A DNA stretch of 32,000 nucleotides from Methylorubrum extorquens (GCA_900234795.1 LT962688.1:3480001-3512000), one strand, 5' to 3'. Positions 21,694-29,959 are shown, counted from the stretch's first letter. Numbers and translations are program-made. The notes: generated by a model not told the origin, from the sequence alone.

Positions 21694-21952
21694 GCTGTCC
21701 GCCGGCGCCGCACGTTTGTCCGCGATTGCGCCGAAGACGAGCCTATCGCCCGCCGCCGCGGCATCGGCGACACCCTGGTCGAGGCCAGCATCGGCTTCGC
21801 CCGCGAGACGAACTTATGCCCGCCACGGCTTCGCCTGCGACGAGACAGCGACCCATATCGGCTTCGGTAGGCCGGTCGAGGGTGAAACCTGGATGCTGCC
21901 CTTAGGCGAGACGGGGCAGGCACTGGGGCAAGCACCGGAGCAGGCCACGTGA
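21694..21952 (+). pseudogene. GNAT-family acetyltransferase remnant (truncated, frame-shifted, internally deleted)
   Basis: One + frame reads ...DEPIARRRGIGDTLVEASIGFARETN, which resembles GNAT motif A (R-x-x-G-x-G). From about 21810 the adjacent frame reads YARHGFACDETATHIGFGRPVEGETWMLPL, a typical GNAT C-terminal (Y-x-x-x-GF) segment. The 25-30 residues expected between the two are missing, and there is no intact N-terminal half. Confidence 0.3.
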
Positions 21953-22033
21953 CGGGGGCGATGCCCCCGCCACATCGGTTATGTCACGCCGAGCCCCCGA
22001 TCCCCGCTCCGGACAGACCCTCTCGCGGGAAGC

Positions 22034-22665
22034 TTAGCCGCCAAAATTCTTGGCGAGCCACGCCCCGGAGGCGGCCAGATCGGCCTGGGACAGGCCGTGC
22101 CCGGCCGGATTGACCGTGTGGGTCACCGCCGCGCCCGCCTGCTCGAGGCGCGCGGCGAGCCGTTCGGCATTCTCGGCCGGCACGATTGGGTCGAGAGCGC
22201 CCGAGAGAGCAGCAGCACCGGGCGGCCGGCGAGGTCGGCCGGCGGGCTTTCGGCGAGCGGCACCATCGCCCGCAGCAGAACCGCCCCGGCCAACACCTCC
22301 GGGTGCAGGAGCAGGGTCGCCGCGGCGATGTTGGCCCCGTTCGAGAAACCAACCGCCACCGGCGCGGCGAGCCCGTAGGCCGCGCGCGCCTGCGCGACGA
22401 AGGCGGCAAGGTCGCCGGCGCGGCGGCGGACATCCGCCTCGTCGAACACGCCTTCCGCGAGACGGCGGAAGAAGCGTGGCATGCCGTTCTCCAGAACCGG
22501 CCCGCGGGGCGAGAGCAGCGCGGAGCCGAGCGAGAGCGCGCGACCGAGGGAGAGCAGGTCGCTCTCGTCACCGCCCGTGCCGTGCAGCAGCAGGAGCGGC
22601 GGCGCGCGGTCGTCGGTGCCGGGCTCGAAGCGGTGGATGAAGTCGAAGGTGACGCCGTTCGTCAT
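22034..22665 (-). pseudogene. Phospholipase/carboxylesterase-family alpha/beta hydrolase (MhqD-like), with one frame break as sequenced
   Basis: ORF 22123..22665 gives MTNGVTFDF...LLLLHGTGGDESDL...VGFSNGAN (nucleophile elbow) up to ...PVLLLS. The conserved C-terminus GALDPIVPAENAERLAARLEQAGAAVTHTVNPAGHGLSQADLAASGAWLAKNFGG* continues in another frame down to the TAA at 22034-22036. The span is 632 nt, so 1 nt is missing, probably at the C3 run at 22200-22202. Confidence 0.75.
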
Positions 22666-22741
22666 GGCTGTCTCCGTTCCGTCTGAGGAGGGTGCGACCG
22701 CCCGGACAGGATCCGGGCGGCCGCGAAGGTGGGCGGTCGGT

Positions 22742-23671
22742 TCAGGCGACCTTCGGCAGCACCGCCTCGATCCGCCCGCGATGCGGCTCGAGGAAGGGCG
22801 GCAGCTTCAGCGCGGTCCCGAGTTCCGCCACCGACTCGTCGATGGCAAAGCCCGGCGCGTCGGTCGCGATCTCGAACAGCACGCCGCCCGGTTCGCGGAA
22901 GTAGACCGAGCGGAAGTACTGCCGGTCGCGCTGCTCGGTCACGGACAGGCCGTGCCGATCGCTCAGCCGCTCCGTCATCGCCGCCTGCGCCGCGTCGTCG
23001 GCGGCACGGAAGGCGATGTGGTGGACCGAGCCCGCCCCCTGCCGGCCGGGCAGGAAATCGCCGACCGCCCGAAGCGTCACGAACCCGCCGAGGCCCGCCC
23101 CGCTCGTCAGCCGGATCTGGCTGCCCTCGCGGGCGGCCTCCGTAAAGCCGAGCACGTCCGTGAGGATCGCAGCGGTCGCCTCCGCCCCGCGCAGGAGCAG
23201 GGTGACGCCGTGGAAGCCGCGAATCGCGGTTTCCGGCGCGATGCCCTCGGACGTCCAGGCCGGCTCGGCCTCCGCCCCCTCGACGCCGACGAGCGCCAGC
23301 GGCATCCCGTCGGGATCGCGGAAGCGCAGCACCGTCTCGCCGAAGACCGTTACCGGCGCCTCGTGCGAGACGTTCAGCGACACGAAGCGGTGCGTCCAGG
23401 CGCCAATCGCGGCGCGCGGCACGCGGAAAGCGGTCTCCGACACCTGCCCGATGCCGACGCGGCCGGGGGCCGCCTGGGCGATCGGGAAGAAGGTGAGGAT
23501 CGTGCCGGGCGCGCCCGCCTCGTCGCCGAAATAAAGGTGGTAGGTGCCGGGATCGTCGAAGTTGACGGTCTTCTTCACCAGCCGCAGGCCGAGTACGCGG
23601 GTGTGGAAGTCGATGGTGCGGGCCGTATCGCTCGCAAACGCCGTGACGTGGTGGATGCCGTGCGCGCTCAT
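22742..23671 (-). CDS. Two-domain VOC-family ring-cleaving dioxygenase (glyoxalase/extradiol dioxygenase fold, MhqO/YfiE-like)
   Basis: Track ORF 22742..24346 is over-extended. The ATG at 23671 is preceded by AGGAGA. The product is MSAHGIHHVTAFASD...FFPIAQ...GFHGVTLLL...GSVHHIAFRAADD...YFRSVYFREPGGVLFEIATD (309 aa), with the VOC modules in tandem. Confidence 0.8.
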   Translation of the reverse strand: MSAHGIHHVTAFASDTARTIDFHTRVLGLRLVKKTVNFDDPGTYHLYFGDEAGAPGTILTFFPIAQAAPGRVGIGQVSETAFRVPRAAIGAWTHRFVSLNVSHEAPVTVFGETVLRFRDPDGMPLALVGVEGAEAEPAWTSEGIAPETAIRGFHGVTLLLRGAEATAAILTDVLGFTEAAREGSQIRLTSGAGLGGFVTLRAVGDFLPGRQGAGSVHHIAFRAADDAAQAAMTERLSDRHGLSVTEQRDRQYFRSVYFREPGGVLFEIATDAPGFAIDESVAELGTALKLPPFLEPHRGRIEAVLPKVA

Positions 23672-23768
23672 GGTGCGGGTCTCCTGTTCGAGAGGATCGC
23701 CGCGGGATCCGTGTCCGGGCTGCGATCGGTGTGAGCGCGATCTGGCCCTTGCCTGCTCGCCTGAAAAT

Positions 23769-23794
23769 GGAAACGATTGAAACGCATCGTTTCC
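23769..23794. promoter_or_regulatory. Candidate LysR-type operator in the divergent dioxygenase/lysR intergenic region
   Basis: Perfect 9-bp inverted repeat GGAAACGAT-N8-ATCGTTTCC, 12 nt upstream of the lysR ATG and about 100 nt upstream of the dioxygenase start. Confidence 0.45.
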
Positions 23795-23805
23795 GGATTT
23801 TAGCC

Positions 23806-24747
23806 ATGGCAAAACTTCCCGATTTCGAGGCCTGGGCCGTGTTCGCGGTGGTGGCCGACGCCCTCTCCTTCGCCCGGGCGGCCGACGAACTCGGGCTGTC
23901 GAAGGCGACCGTCTCGAAGGCGGTCGCGCGCTTGGAGGGACGCCTCGGCGCGCGTCTGTTCCACCGCACCTCCCGCCGCCTCGCGCTGACCGAAGCCGGC
24001 CGTCTGGCGCGTGAGGACGCGGCGGGGCTGCTGGCCGCGGGCGAGGCGGCGGAGGCCCGCGCGCTCGACGCCAACGGCGTTCCGCGGGGGCGGGTGCGGC
24101 TCGCAGCCCCCATGTCGTTCGGGGTCGCCCATGTTGCGCCGGTGCTGCCAGAATTCCTGGCCGCGCACGCGCAAGTCTCGGTCGATCTGCACCTGTCCGA
24201 CGCGCTGGTCGATCTCGTCGGCGGCGGGTTCGATCTCGGCCTGCGGATCGCCGCTTTGCCCGATTCTTCGCTCCGGGTGCGGCGGCTCTGCGGGGTGCGC
24301 CGCTCGCTCGTGGCGACGCCCGCTTATCTGGCGCGCTACGGGCCACCGCAGCATCCGGAGGATCTGAAGGCGCGCGCCTGCCTCGGCTACGCCTACCTGC
24401 CGACGCCGGACCGCTGGCCCTTCACCAACGCGGCCGGCGAAACCGTCACGATCGTGCCCGAAGGCCCGCTGCGGGCCAACAATGCCGACGCCCTGGTGCC
24501 GGCCCTGCGCGCCGGGCTCGGCCTCGCGGTGCAACCGGATTTCACGATCTGGGAGGATCTGAAGTCGGGCCGCCTGGAGCGGGTGATGCCGGACTGGCAG
24601 CCGCCGCCGATCGCCCTCAACCTCGTGATGCCGCCCGGTCTGCCGCGCCCGGCGCGGGTCTCGGCGCTGATCGCCTTCCTGGAACGGGCCTTCTCCACCG
24701 CGCCCTGGGCGCAGGAGGAGGCTTCGCCTCAGATCGATGTGCGTTGA
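23806..24747 (+). CDS. LysR-family transcriptional regulator
   Basis: The ATG at 23806 gives MAKLPDFEAWAVFAVVADALSFARAADELGLSKATVSKAVARLEGRLGARLFHRTSRRLALTEAG..., a classic LysR N-terminal HTH followed by a substrate-binding domain. It is divergent from the dioxygenase-esterase pair. Confidence 0.88.
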   Translation: MAKLPDFEAWAVFAVVADALSFARAADELGLSKATVSKAVARLEGRLGARLFHRTSRRLALTEAGRLAREDAAGLLAAGEAAEARALDANGVPRGRVRLAAPMSFGVAHVAPVLPEFLAAHAQVSVDLHLSDALVDLVGGGFDLGLRIAALPDSSLRVRRLCGVRRSLVATPAYLARYGPPQHPEDLKARACLGYAYLPTPDRWPFTNAAGETVTIVPEGPLRANNADALVPALRAGLGLAVQPDFTIWEDLKSGRLERVMPDWQPPPIALNLVMPPGLPRPARVSALIAFLERAFSTAPWAQEEASPQIDVR

Positions 24748-24792
24748 CCCCGCCCGTCGGTCGGGATCAACGCGCTCGGCGGACGACCGCCG

Positions 24793-24841
24793 CCACGCAT
24801 TCGCGTGGGCGAATGGCGATGAGACGGGCTCATCGCCATTC
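24793..24841. terminator. Tandem hairpins between the convergent lysR and jetB-like genes (possible bidirectional terminator or insulator)
   Basis: CCACGC-attc-GCGTGG lies at 24793-24808. A perfect 13-bp stem, GAATGGCGATGAG-acggg-CTCATCGCCATTC, lies at 24811-24841 and ends 4 nt from the jetB-like stop. Neither strand has a U tract. Confidence 0.4.
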
Positions 24842-24845
24842 GGTC

Positions 24846-25481
24846 TCAGACGCCCCTTCCCTTCCCGGCGGAGGCCCAGGCGCGGACCTGATCCATCCAG
24901 GCATCCGGCGAGAGCACGGTGATGCCCGGCATCACCATCAGCGGGGTGACCCGCTCGGCCCGGTCGCGCTCGCCCAGCCGCAGGGCGCCCTTGCGGGCGA
25001 ACAGGCGCAGGATCTCGATCAGGCGCGCCTCGTCCGGGGGCTCGGTGCGGGCAGCAGAGCGGATCGCGTCGGCGATGTCGTCAGTGGTGCATTCCACCGT
25101 GCCGTCGGTGGAGACCCGGTGATCGCGCAGGCCCTCCTCGTAGGCGAGCCGGAGTGCCAGCAGCACCAGTGTCTCGTCCTTGCGCAGGCGCTCGCCCTGC
25201 GCATCGTGGCGCACGCCGTCCGGCGGCAGGGCGAGAAACACCATCTGATCGCGGTGGGCGACCTCGAAGCGGTAGCCGAGGCAGGCGAAGTAGTCGCGGA
25301 AGAACGGCGCGTAGTGCCGGGCGAGTTCGTAGGAACGGCCGATGCCGGTGGTCGCGGCGTAGATGCACTGGCTCTTCAGCATCACCTGAAGCGCACGGGT
25401 CAGCTCCTCCTCGCTCGGCGCGGCGCTGCCGGGCGGGGGCATCTCCTCGCCGTCGAGGATCGCGCGGAAGGGTTCGAGCAT
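24846..25481 (-). CDS. jetB: JetB/MksE-like (KITE subunit, DUF4194-like) candidate
   Basis: 211-aa acidic, helical protein. It sits directly downstream of the JetA-like gene, has a weak Shine-Dalgarno, and has an in-frame TGA 12 nt upstream of its ATG, a coupling arrangement. The size and position fit JetB. The family assignment is from memory and has not been searched. Confidence 0.5.
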   Translation of the reverse strand: MLEPFRAILDGEEMPPPGSAAPSEEELTRALQVMLKSQCIYAATTGIGRSYELARHYAPFFRDYFACLGYRFEVAHRDQMVFLALPPDGVRHDAQGERLRKDETLVLLALRLAYEEGLRDHRVSTDGTVECTTDDIADAIRSAARTEPPDEARLIEILRLFARKGALRLGERDRAERVTPLMVMPGITVLSPDAWMDQVRAWASAGKGRGV

Positions 25482-25493
25482 CGGGTTGTCCGT

Positions 25494-26908
25494 TCAGCCT
25501 GCTTTGCCGGCTCCGCGCCGGGCAGCGGGGGGGCGGTATGCGCTCGATCATGAAGTCCGGACAGTCGAGCCAGCCGTTGGAGACGCGGCCCTCGATCCGG
25601 GCGACGCGGTAGCGGCTGCGCAGGACGCCGTCGAACAGCACGTCGATCTCGCGCAGGCGCTGGAAGACGACGAAGGCATCGACGTCATCGACCTGGATGT
25701 CCGAGCCGCGCAGGGCCTTCACCTGAGCGAGCCGGGCGTCGAGATAGGCGACGATGCGCTCCGGCGTCACGGTGATGCGGCGGCGGAATTCGTCCTTGGC
25801 GGCGATGAACGCCTCGATCGCCGGATCGATGTCGATCTCCGGCAGCGGCTCGTACTCGATGATCCGGCGCGGCATGCGCGGATTCGTGAGCTGCGGCGGG
25901 CCGATCGGCGGGCGCAACAGCGAGATCTGCGGCAAGGGCAGGCCGGCGAGGTCGTCCTCGCCCGCGCCGACCGCGCGGAGCGCCGCCGCCGCCCGCTCGA
26001 TCCGGGCCGAGTCGCGCGGGTCGCGGTAGCGGAGCGCGGCCGAGATGCGCCGCTCCAGCCGGGCGACCACCTCGGCCACCGCATCGAGATGCGGGTCGAG
26101 GCCCTCGAAGATCGAGAGGATTTCAACGAGATCGGTGCGCACCATCCGCTCGGCTGCCGTGATGTCGGCGGCGCGGCCCCTCGCGCAGGTTGCCGTCGGC
26201 CAGCGCCCTGAGCGTCAGCGGATCGCGCAGGGCGCGCCCGGCCTCACGCACGATGCCGGAGCGGAAGCGGAACGGGTTGAAGCGGGTGTGCAGCGTCCGG
26301 TAGTCGGAGACGAGGTGACGCTCGACGAACTCCTCGAAATAGAGCCGGAAGGCCGCGCTGAGATCGGGCTCGCGCAGGATGCGCTCTTCGAGCTTGCGCA
26401 TGGCACCGGCCAGGCCGCGCAGGTGGCCGAGGAAGGTGCGCGAGGCTTTCGCCGCGTTGCGCAGCGCCTCAGAGCGGTCGGCGGGGCTGGCGATGGCGCT
26501 CTCCAGCGCGCTCAGGACTTCGAGCACCGCGCCGCCGTAGGAGCGGGTCTCGCCGCGCTCGATCCGGGCCAGTTCCTCGATCAGCAGCCGCGCGTCGGGG
26601 TCGAAATCGACCACCGGCACGTAGCGCTCGCGCCGCTCCACCAGCCAGCCCGCCTCGATCAGCCGCCGGAACACCGCCGAGCGCCGCTCGATCGGATCGA
26701 CCGGCGTCGCCTCGTCGTCGGCAATCTCGGCCTGGCTCCAGCCGGCGGAGAAATCGCCGATGGCGGCCAGCAACTCGCTCTTGCGCAGCGGCTCGGCGGC
26801 ATCGCCGAACACGCGGGCATGCAGGTGCAGCAGCAGGGCCGCGTTGAAGGCGCGGCTCGGCGAGGCGAGCGGTCGGAAGAGGTCGTCGGCGAGATGAGTA
26901 AACAGCAT
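25494..26908 (-). pseudogene. JetA/MksF-like (kleisin-like) candidate, with two frame breaks as sequenced
   Basis: The ATG at 26908 opens MLFTHLADDLFRPLASPSRAFNAALLLHLHARVF... in the frame of ORF 26123..27004. The reading continues in the frame of ORF 25081..26145 (...AADITAAERMVRTDLVEILSIFEGLDPHLD...). Skipping one base near the C4 run at 26177-26180 joins the two. Skipping one base in the G7 run at 25527-25533 makes the protein end ...MIERIPPPAARRGAGKAG* at the TGA at 25494-25496, 12 nt before the jetB-like ATG. The total is then about 470 aa. Confidence 0.45.
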
Positions 26909-27045
26909 GACGGGACGGGCGCGACCACAACCCGCTCGGGCGCCGCGGGTCAATGCTCGCGCCGCTCTATCCCCCCTTGATCCCTGATTGATCCCTTCTT
27001 GCATCGACCGCGGCGTGCATCCGTTGTCTCGACAGACGCCGCCCG

Positions 27046-27735
27046 ATGGAGCCCAAAGAAATGCGCATCGAAACTGTCTTCCTGTTCGATCTCGACGGCA
27101 CGCTGGTCGACAGCGTCTACCAGCACGTGCTCGCCTGGAAGGAGGCGCTCGACGCGGAAGGGATTCCGCTCTCGGTCTGGCGCATCCACCGCAAGATCGG
27201 GCTGAGCGGGGGCCTGTTCACCAACCAGCTCCTGCGCGAGACCGGGCTCGCCATCGATCCGGATCGGATCGACCGGCTGCGGCGGTTGCACGCGGAGGCC
27301 TATGGCCGGCTGTCGAAGGGCGTGGTGCCGCTGCCGGGCGCCAGGGAACTGCTCGCCACGCTGACCGAGAACCGCATCCCCTGGGCCATCGCCACCAGCG
27401 GGCGGATGGAGACCGCCGGCCACAACCTCGTGGCGCTCGGCGTCGATCCCGAACAGGTGCCGGTGGTGACGCGGGACCTCGTGAAATACGCCAAGCCCGA
27501 TCCGGATCTGTTCCTCGCCGCCGCCGCGCGGCTGAACGCGCCCATCGAGCACGCGGTGATCGTCGGCGATTCGATCTGGGACATGCTGGCGGCCCGGCGC
27601 TGCCGCGGGCTCGGGGTCGGCCTGCTCTCGGGTGGATACGGCACCGAAGAGCTGGAACGCTCCGGCGCGGTCAGGGTCTACGACGACCCCGCGATGCTTC
27701 TGGAACACCTCGACGAAGTCGGAGGCCGACGCTGA
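27046..27735 (+). CDS. HAD-superfamily hydrolase, subfamily IA (phosphatase)
   Basis: 229-aa product with motif I FLFDLDGTLVDS, motif II IATSG, motif III K..KPDPD and motif IV VGDSIWDM. Confidence 0.85.
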   Translation: MEPKEMRIETVFLFDLDGTLVDSVYQHVLAWKEALDAEGIPLSVWRIHRKIGLSGGLFTNQLLRETGLAIDPDRIDRLRRLHAEAYGRLSKGVVPLPGARELLATLTENRIPWAIATSGRMETAGHNLVALGVDPEQVPVVTRDLVKYAKPDPDLFLAAAARLNAPIEHAVIVGDSIWDMLAARRCRGLGVGLLSGGYGTEELERSGAVRVYDDPAMLLEHLDEVGGRR

Positions 27736-27960
27736 GCGCTGAGCGCGCACTATGGCCAAGGCTAAGCCGAAGATCCGCTGCGCTCGGCCCCGGTCAAGGG
27801 CCCACAATGTGACCCTGACGATTGGATGAACGGCCCCTTGCACCTTCGTTCATGCGACAGGACGTAGCGTGAGCTTCGGGACATCGGGAGTGAACCGAAT
27901 CCAGGCCGTACCCGTTGGGGTGCCAATGGATCGATGATCCACCCTTTTCGGAGAGACGTC

Positions 27961-28350
27961 ATGAAGAAGCTTGCGATTCTGTCCGCCGTGGCCGTCCTCG
28001 GCGTCGGCGCCCTGTCCTCCACCGATGCCGAGGCCCGCTGGCGCGGTCGTGGCGGCGGCGGTGGCGCGATCGCGGCCGGCGTCATCGGCGGACTCGCGGC
28101 CGGCGCGCTCGTCGGTGCGGCCGCCTCGAATGCCTACGGCTACGGCGGCTATGGTGATGGCTACGGTTACGGCGGTGGCTACGGCTATGCCCGCCCGGTC
28201 GCCGGTTACGGGTATGGCTATGCCCGTCCCGCCTACGGCTACGGCTACCGCAACGTCGGCTATTACGATGGCGGCTACTACGCGCCGCGTCGTGCCTACG
28301 GTGGCTATTCCTGGGGCGGCCCGGCCTACGATTACGGCTACGGCTGGTAA
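27961..28350 (+). CDS. Secreted glycine/tyrosine-repeat protein
   Basis: The ATG at 27961 is preceded by GGAGAG. The signal peptide is MKKLAILSAVAVLGVGALSSTDAEA. A Gly/Ala-rich hydrophobic stretch follows, then GYGY-type repeats (GYGGYGDGYGYGGGYGYARPVAGYGYGYARPAYGYGYRNVGYYDGGYY...YDYGYGW). Confidence 0.7.
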   Translation: MKKLAILSAVAVLGVGALSSTDAEARWRGRGGGGGAIAAGVIGGLAAGALVGAAASNAYGYGGYGDGYGYGGGYGYARPVAGYGYGYARPAYGYGYRNVGYYDGGYYAPRRAYGGYSWGGPAYDYGYGW

Positions 28351-28384
28351 GTCTTCCAGGCCTGACAGCCTCTCATAACGAAAC

Positions 28385-28409
28385 GGCCGCGCCCCATCCG
28401 GGCGCGGCC
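28385..28409. terminator. Bidirectional rho-independent terminator
   Basis: GGCCGCGCCC-catcc-GGGCGCGGCC is flanked by A-rich sequence upstream (CATAACGAAAC) and T-rich sequence downstream (ATTTCGCGTTT). It lies between the convergent stops at 28350 and 28420. Confidence 0.65.
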
Positions 28410-28419
28410 ATTTCGCGTT

Positions 28420-29310
28420 TCAGGCAGCGGCGTCGCGGGCGGCGATGGTCTCGGACCAGACCACGGCGCGGCGGGCCACGCCGATATGCTGGCGCTCGTA
28501 CATGCGGCCCTCGACCTTGATCGCCGCGCGCTTGGCGTTTTCCGGCAGGTTGAAGGCCTCGATCACGAGGCGGGCACGGCGCACCTCCTCCTCCGTCGGA
28601 GCGAAGGAGGTGTTGGCGGGCTCGAGCTGATTCGGATGGATCAGAGTCTTGCCGTCGAAGCCGAGGTCGCGCGCCTGCCGGCACTCCTCGCGGCAACCCT
28701 CAGGATCGGCGATGTCGTTCCACACGCCGTCGAGGACGATCAGCCCCTCGGCGCGGGCCGCGGCCAGGGTCAGCATCATCCAGGGCAGCATCGGCACGCG
28801 CCCGCGCACCAGCTGCGCCCAGGTGTCCTTGGCCAGATCGTTGGTGCCGAGCACGAAACCGGTGAGCCGGTTGCGACGGTCGCGGCGCGCCTTGGCGATC
28901 TCGTGGATGTTGAGGATCGCGGCCGGGGTCTCGATCATCGCCCAGACGGCGATGGAATCGGGGGCGTCGAGCGCCTCCAGCGCATCGGCCACGCTTTCCA
29001 GCACCGCGGGCGAGGACACCTTCGGCATCAGGATCGCGTCGGGCTTGGCCTGGATCGCCGCGCGCAGGTCGCCATCGCCCCAGGGCGTCTGAGGGGCGTT
29101 CACCCGGATCACGAGTTCGCGATGGCCGTAGCCGCCACCCTTCACCGCGGCGCAGACCTGATCGCGGGCCAGCTCCTTCTCCTCCATGGAGACGGCGTCC
29201 TCGAGATCCAGGATCAGCGAGTCGGCGGGCAGCGTCTTCGCTTTATCGAGCGCCCGCTGGTTCGATCCCGGCATGTAGAGAACACTGCGGCGCAACCGCA
29301 AATCGGACAT
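28420..29310 (-). CDS. HpcH/HpaI aldolase / citrate-lyase beta (CitE)-like CoA-ester lyase or thioesterase
   Basis: The ATG at 29310 is preceded by GAGGAG. The 296-aa product is MSDLRLRRSVLYMPGSNQRALDKAKTLPADSLILDLEDAV...AMIETPAAILN...GTNDLAKD...DGKTLIHPNQ, with CitE-family motifs. Confidence 0.8.
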   Translation of the reverse strand: MSDLRLRRSVLYMPGSNQRALDKAKTLPADSLILDLEDAVSMEEKELARDQVCAAVKGGGYGHRELVIRVNAPQTPWGDGDLRAAIQAKPDAILMPKVSSPAVLESVADALEALDAPDSIAVWAMIETPAAILNIHEIAKARRDRRNRLTGFVLGTNDLAKDTWAQLVRGRVPMLPWMMLTLAAARAEGLIVLDGVWNDIADPEGCREECRQARDLGFDGKTLIHPNQLEPANTSFAPTEEEVRRARLVIEAFNLPENAKRAAIKVEGRMYERQHIGVARRAVVWSETIAARDAAA

Positions 29311-29569
29311 GTCTCGTCTCCTCGCAGGGGCCGGTGAGGGGCCCGGTGCGCCGCTCCCCACCCTCATTTGAATGCATAATACGAACAATCCCGATCGGTT
29401 GGAAGCGGCCGGAAGCGAAGCTATTTAACCGCGAGCGCCCGGTCACCGCCAGAGGGCGCAACTTCGCCTTGCGGCGCAGCCGTCCGGATCTCGGATCTCG
29501 GCCGACGCGCCTGAACCATCTTTCGGCCTCGCTCCCCCGTGGGGACGACGCTTCATCCAGGAGAGTCCC

Positions 29570-29959
29570 ATGCCCTTGATGCGTTTCGACCTGATCGAGG
29601 GCCGCAGCGACGCGGAACTGAAGGCGCTTCTCGACGCCGCGCACGAGGCGATGCTCGAAGCCTTTCAGGTGCCGCCGGGCGACCGCTACCAGATCGTGAC
29701 CGAGCACAAGCCCTCGCGGATGATCGTGGAGGATACCGGCCTCGACATCCCCCGCACGCGGAATGTGGTCGTGGTGCAGATGATCACCCGGCCGCGCGGG
29801 CGCGAGAAGAAGGAGCTGTTCTACCGGCTGCTGACCGAGAAGTTGCAGGCCGCCTGCGGCATCGCCCCCGCCGACGTGATGGTCTCGACGGTGGAGAACA
29901 CCGACGAGGATTGGTCGTTCGGGCACGGTCGGGCGCAGTTCCTCACCGGGGAATTGTGA
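29570..29959 (+). CDS. Tautomerase-superfamily protein (4-oxalocrotonate tautomerase-like, long form)
   Basis: 129-aa product starting MPLMRFDLIEGRSD, where the Pro after the initiator Met matches the catalytic Pro1. An AGGAGAG Shine-Dalgarno is present. The length fits the roughly 128-aa tautomerase family. Confidence 0.7.
   Translation: MPLMRFDLIEGRSDAELKALLDAAHEAMLEAFQVPPGDRYQIVTEHKPSRMIVEDTGLDIPRTRNVVVVQMITRPRGREKKELFYRLLTEKLQAACGIAPADVMVSTVENTDEDWSFGHGRAQFLTGEL

Noticed and set aside
22662-24346. ORFs 22662..24113 and the 5' extension of 22742..24346
   Set aside because: They overlap the LysR gene and the intergenic operator, and the translation is Arg/Pro-rich. The dioxygenase has a clear AGGAGA-ATG start at 23671.
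25081-25480. Continuation of the jetA-like frame for 400 nt across the jetB-like gene
   Set aside because: A 400-nt out-of-frame overlap with a coherent downstream gene is implausible. The translation there is an Arg/Pro-rich artefact. A frame switch at the G7 run gives a normal operon junction.
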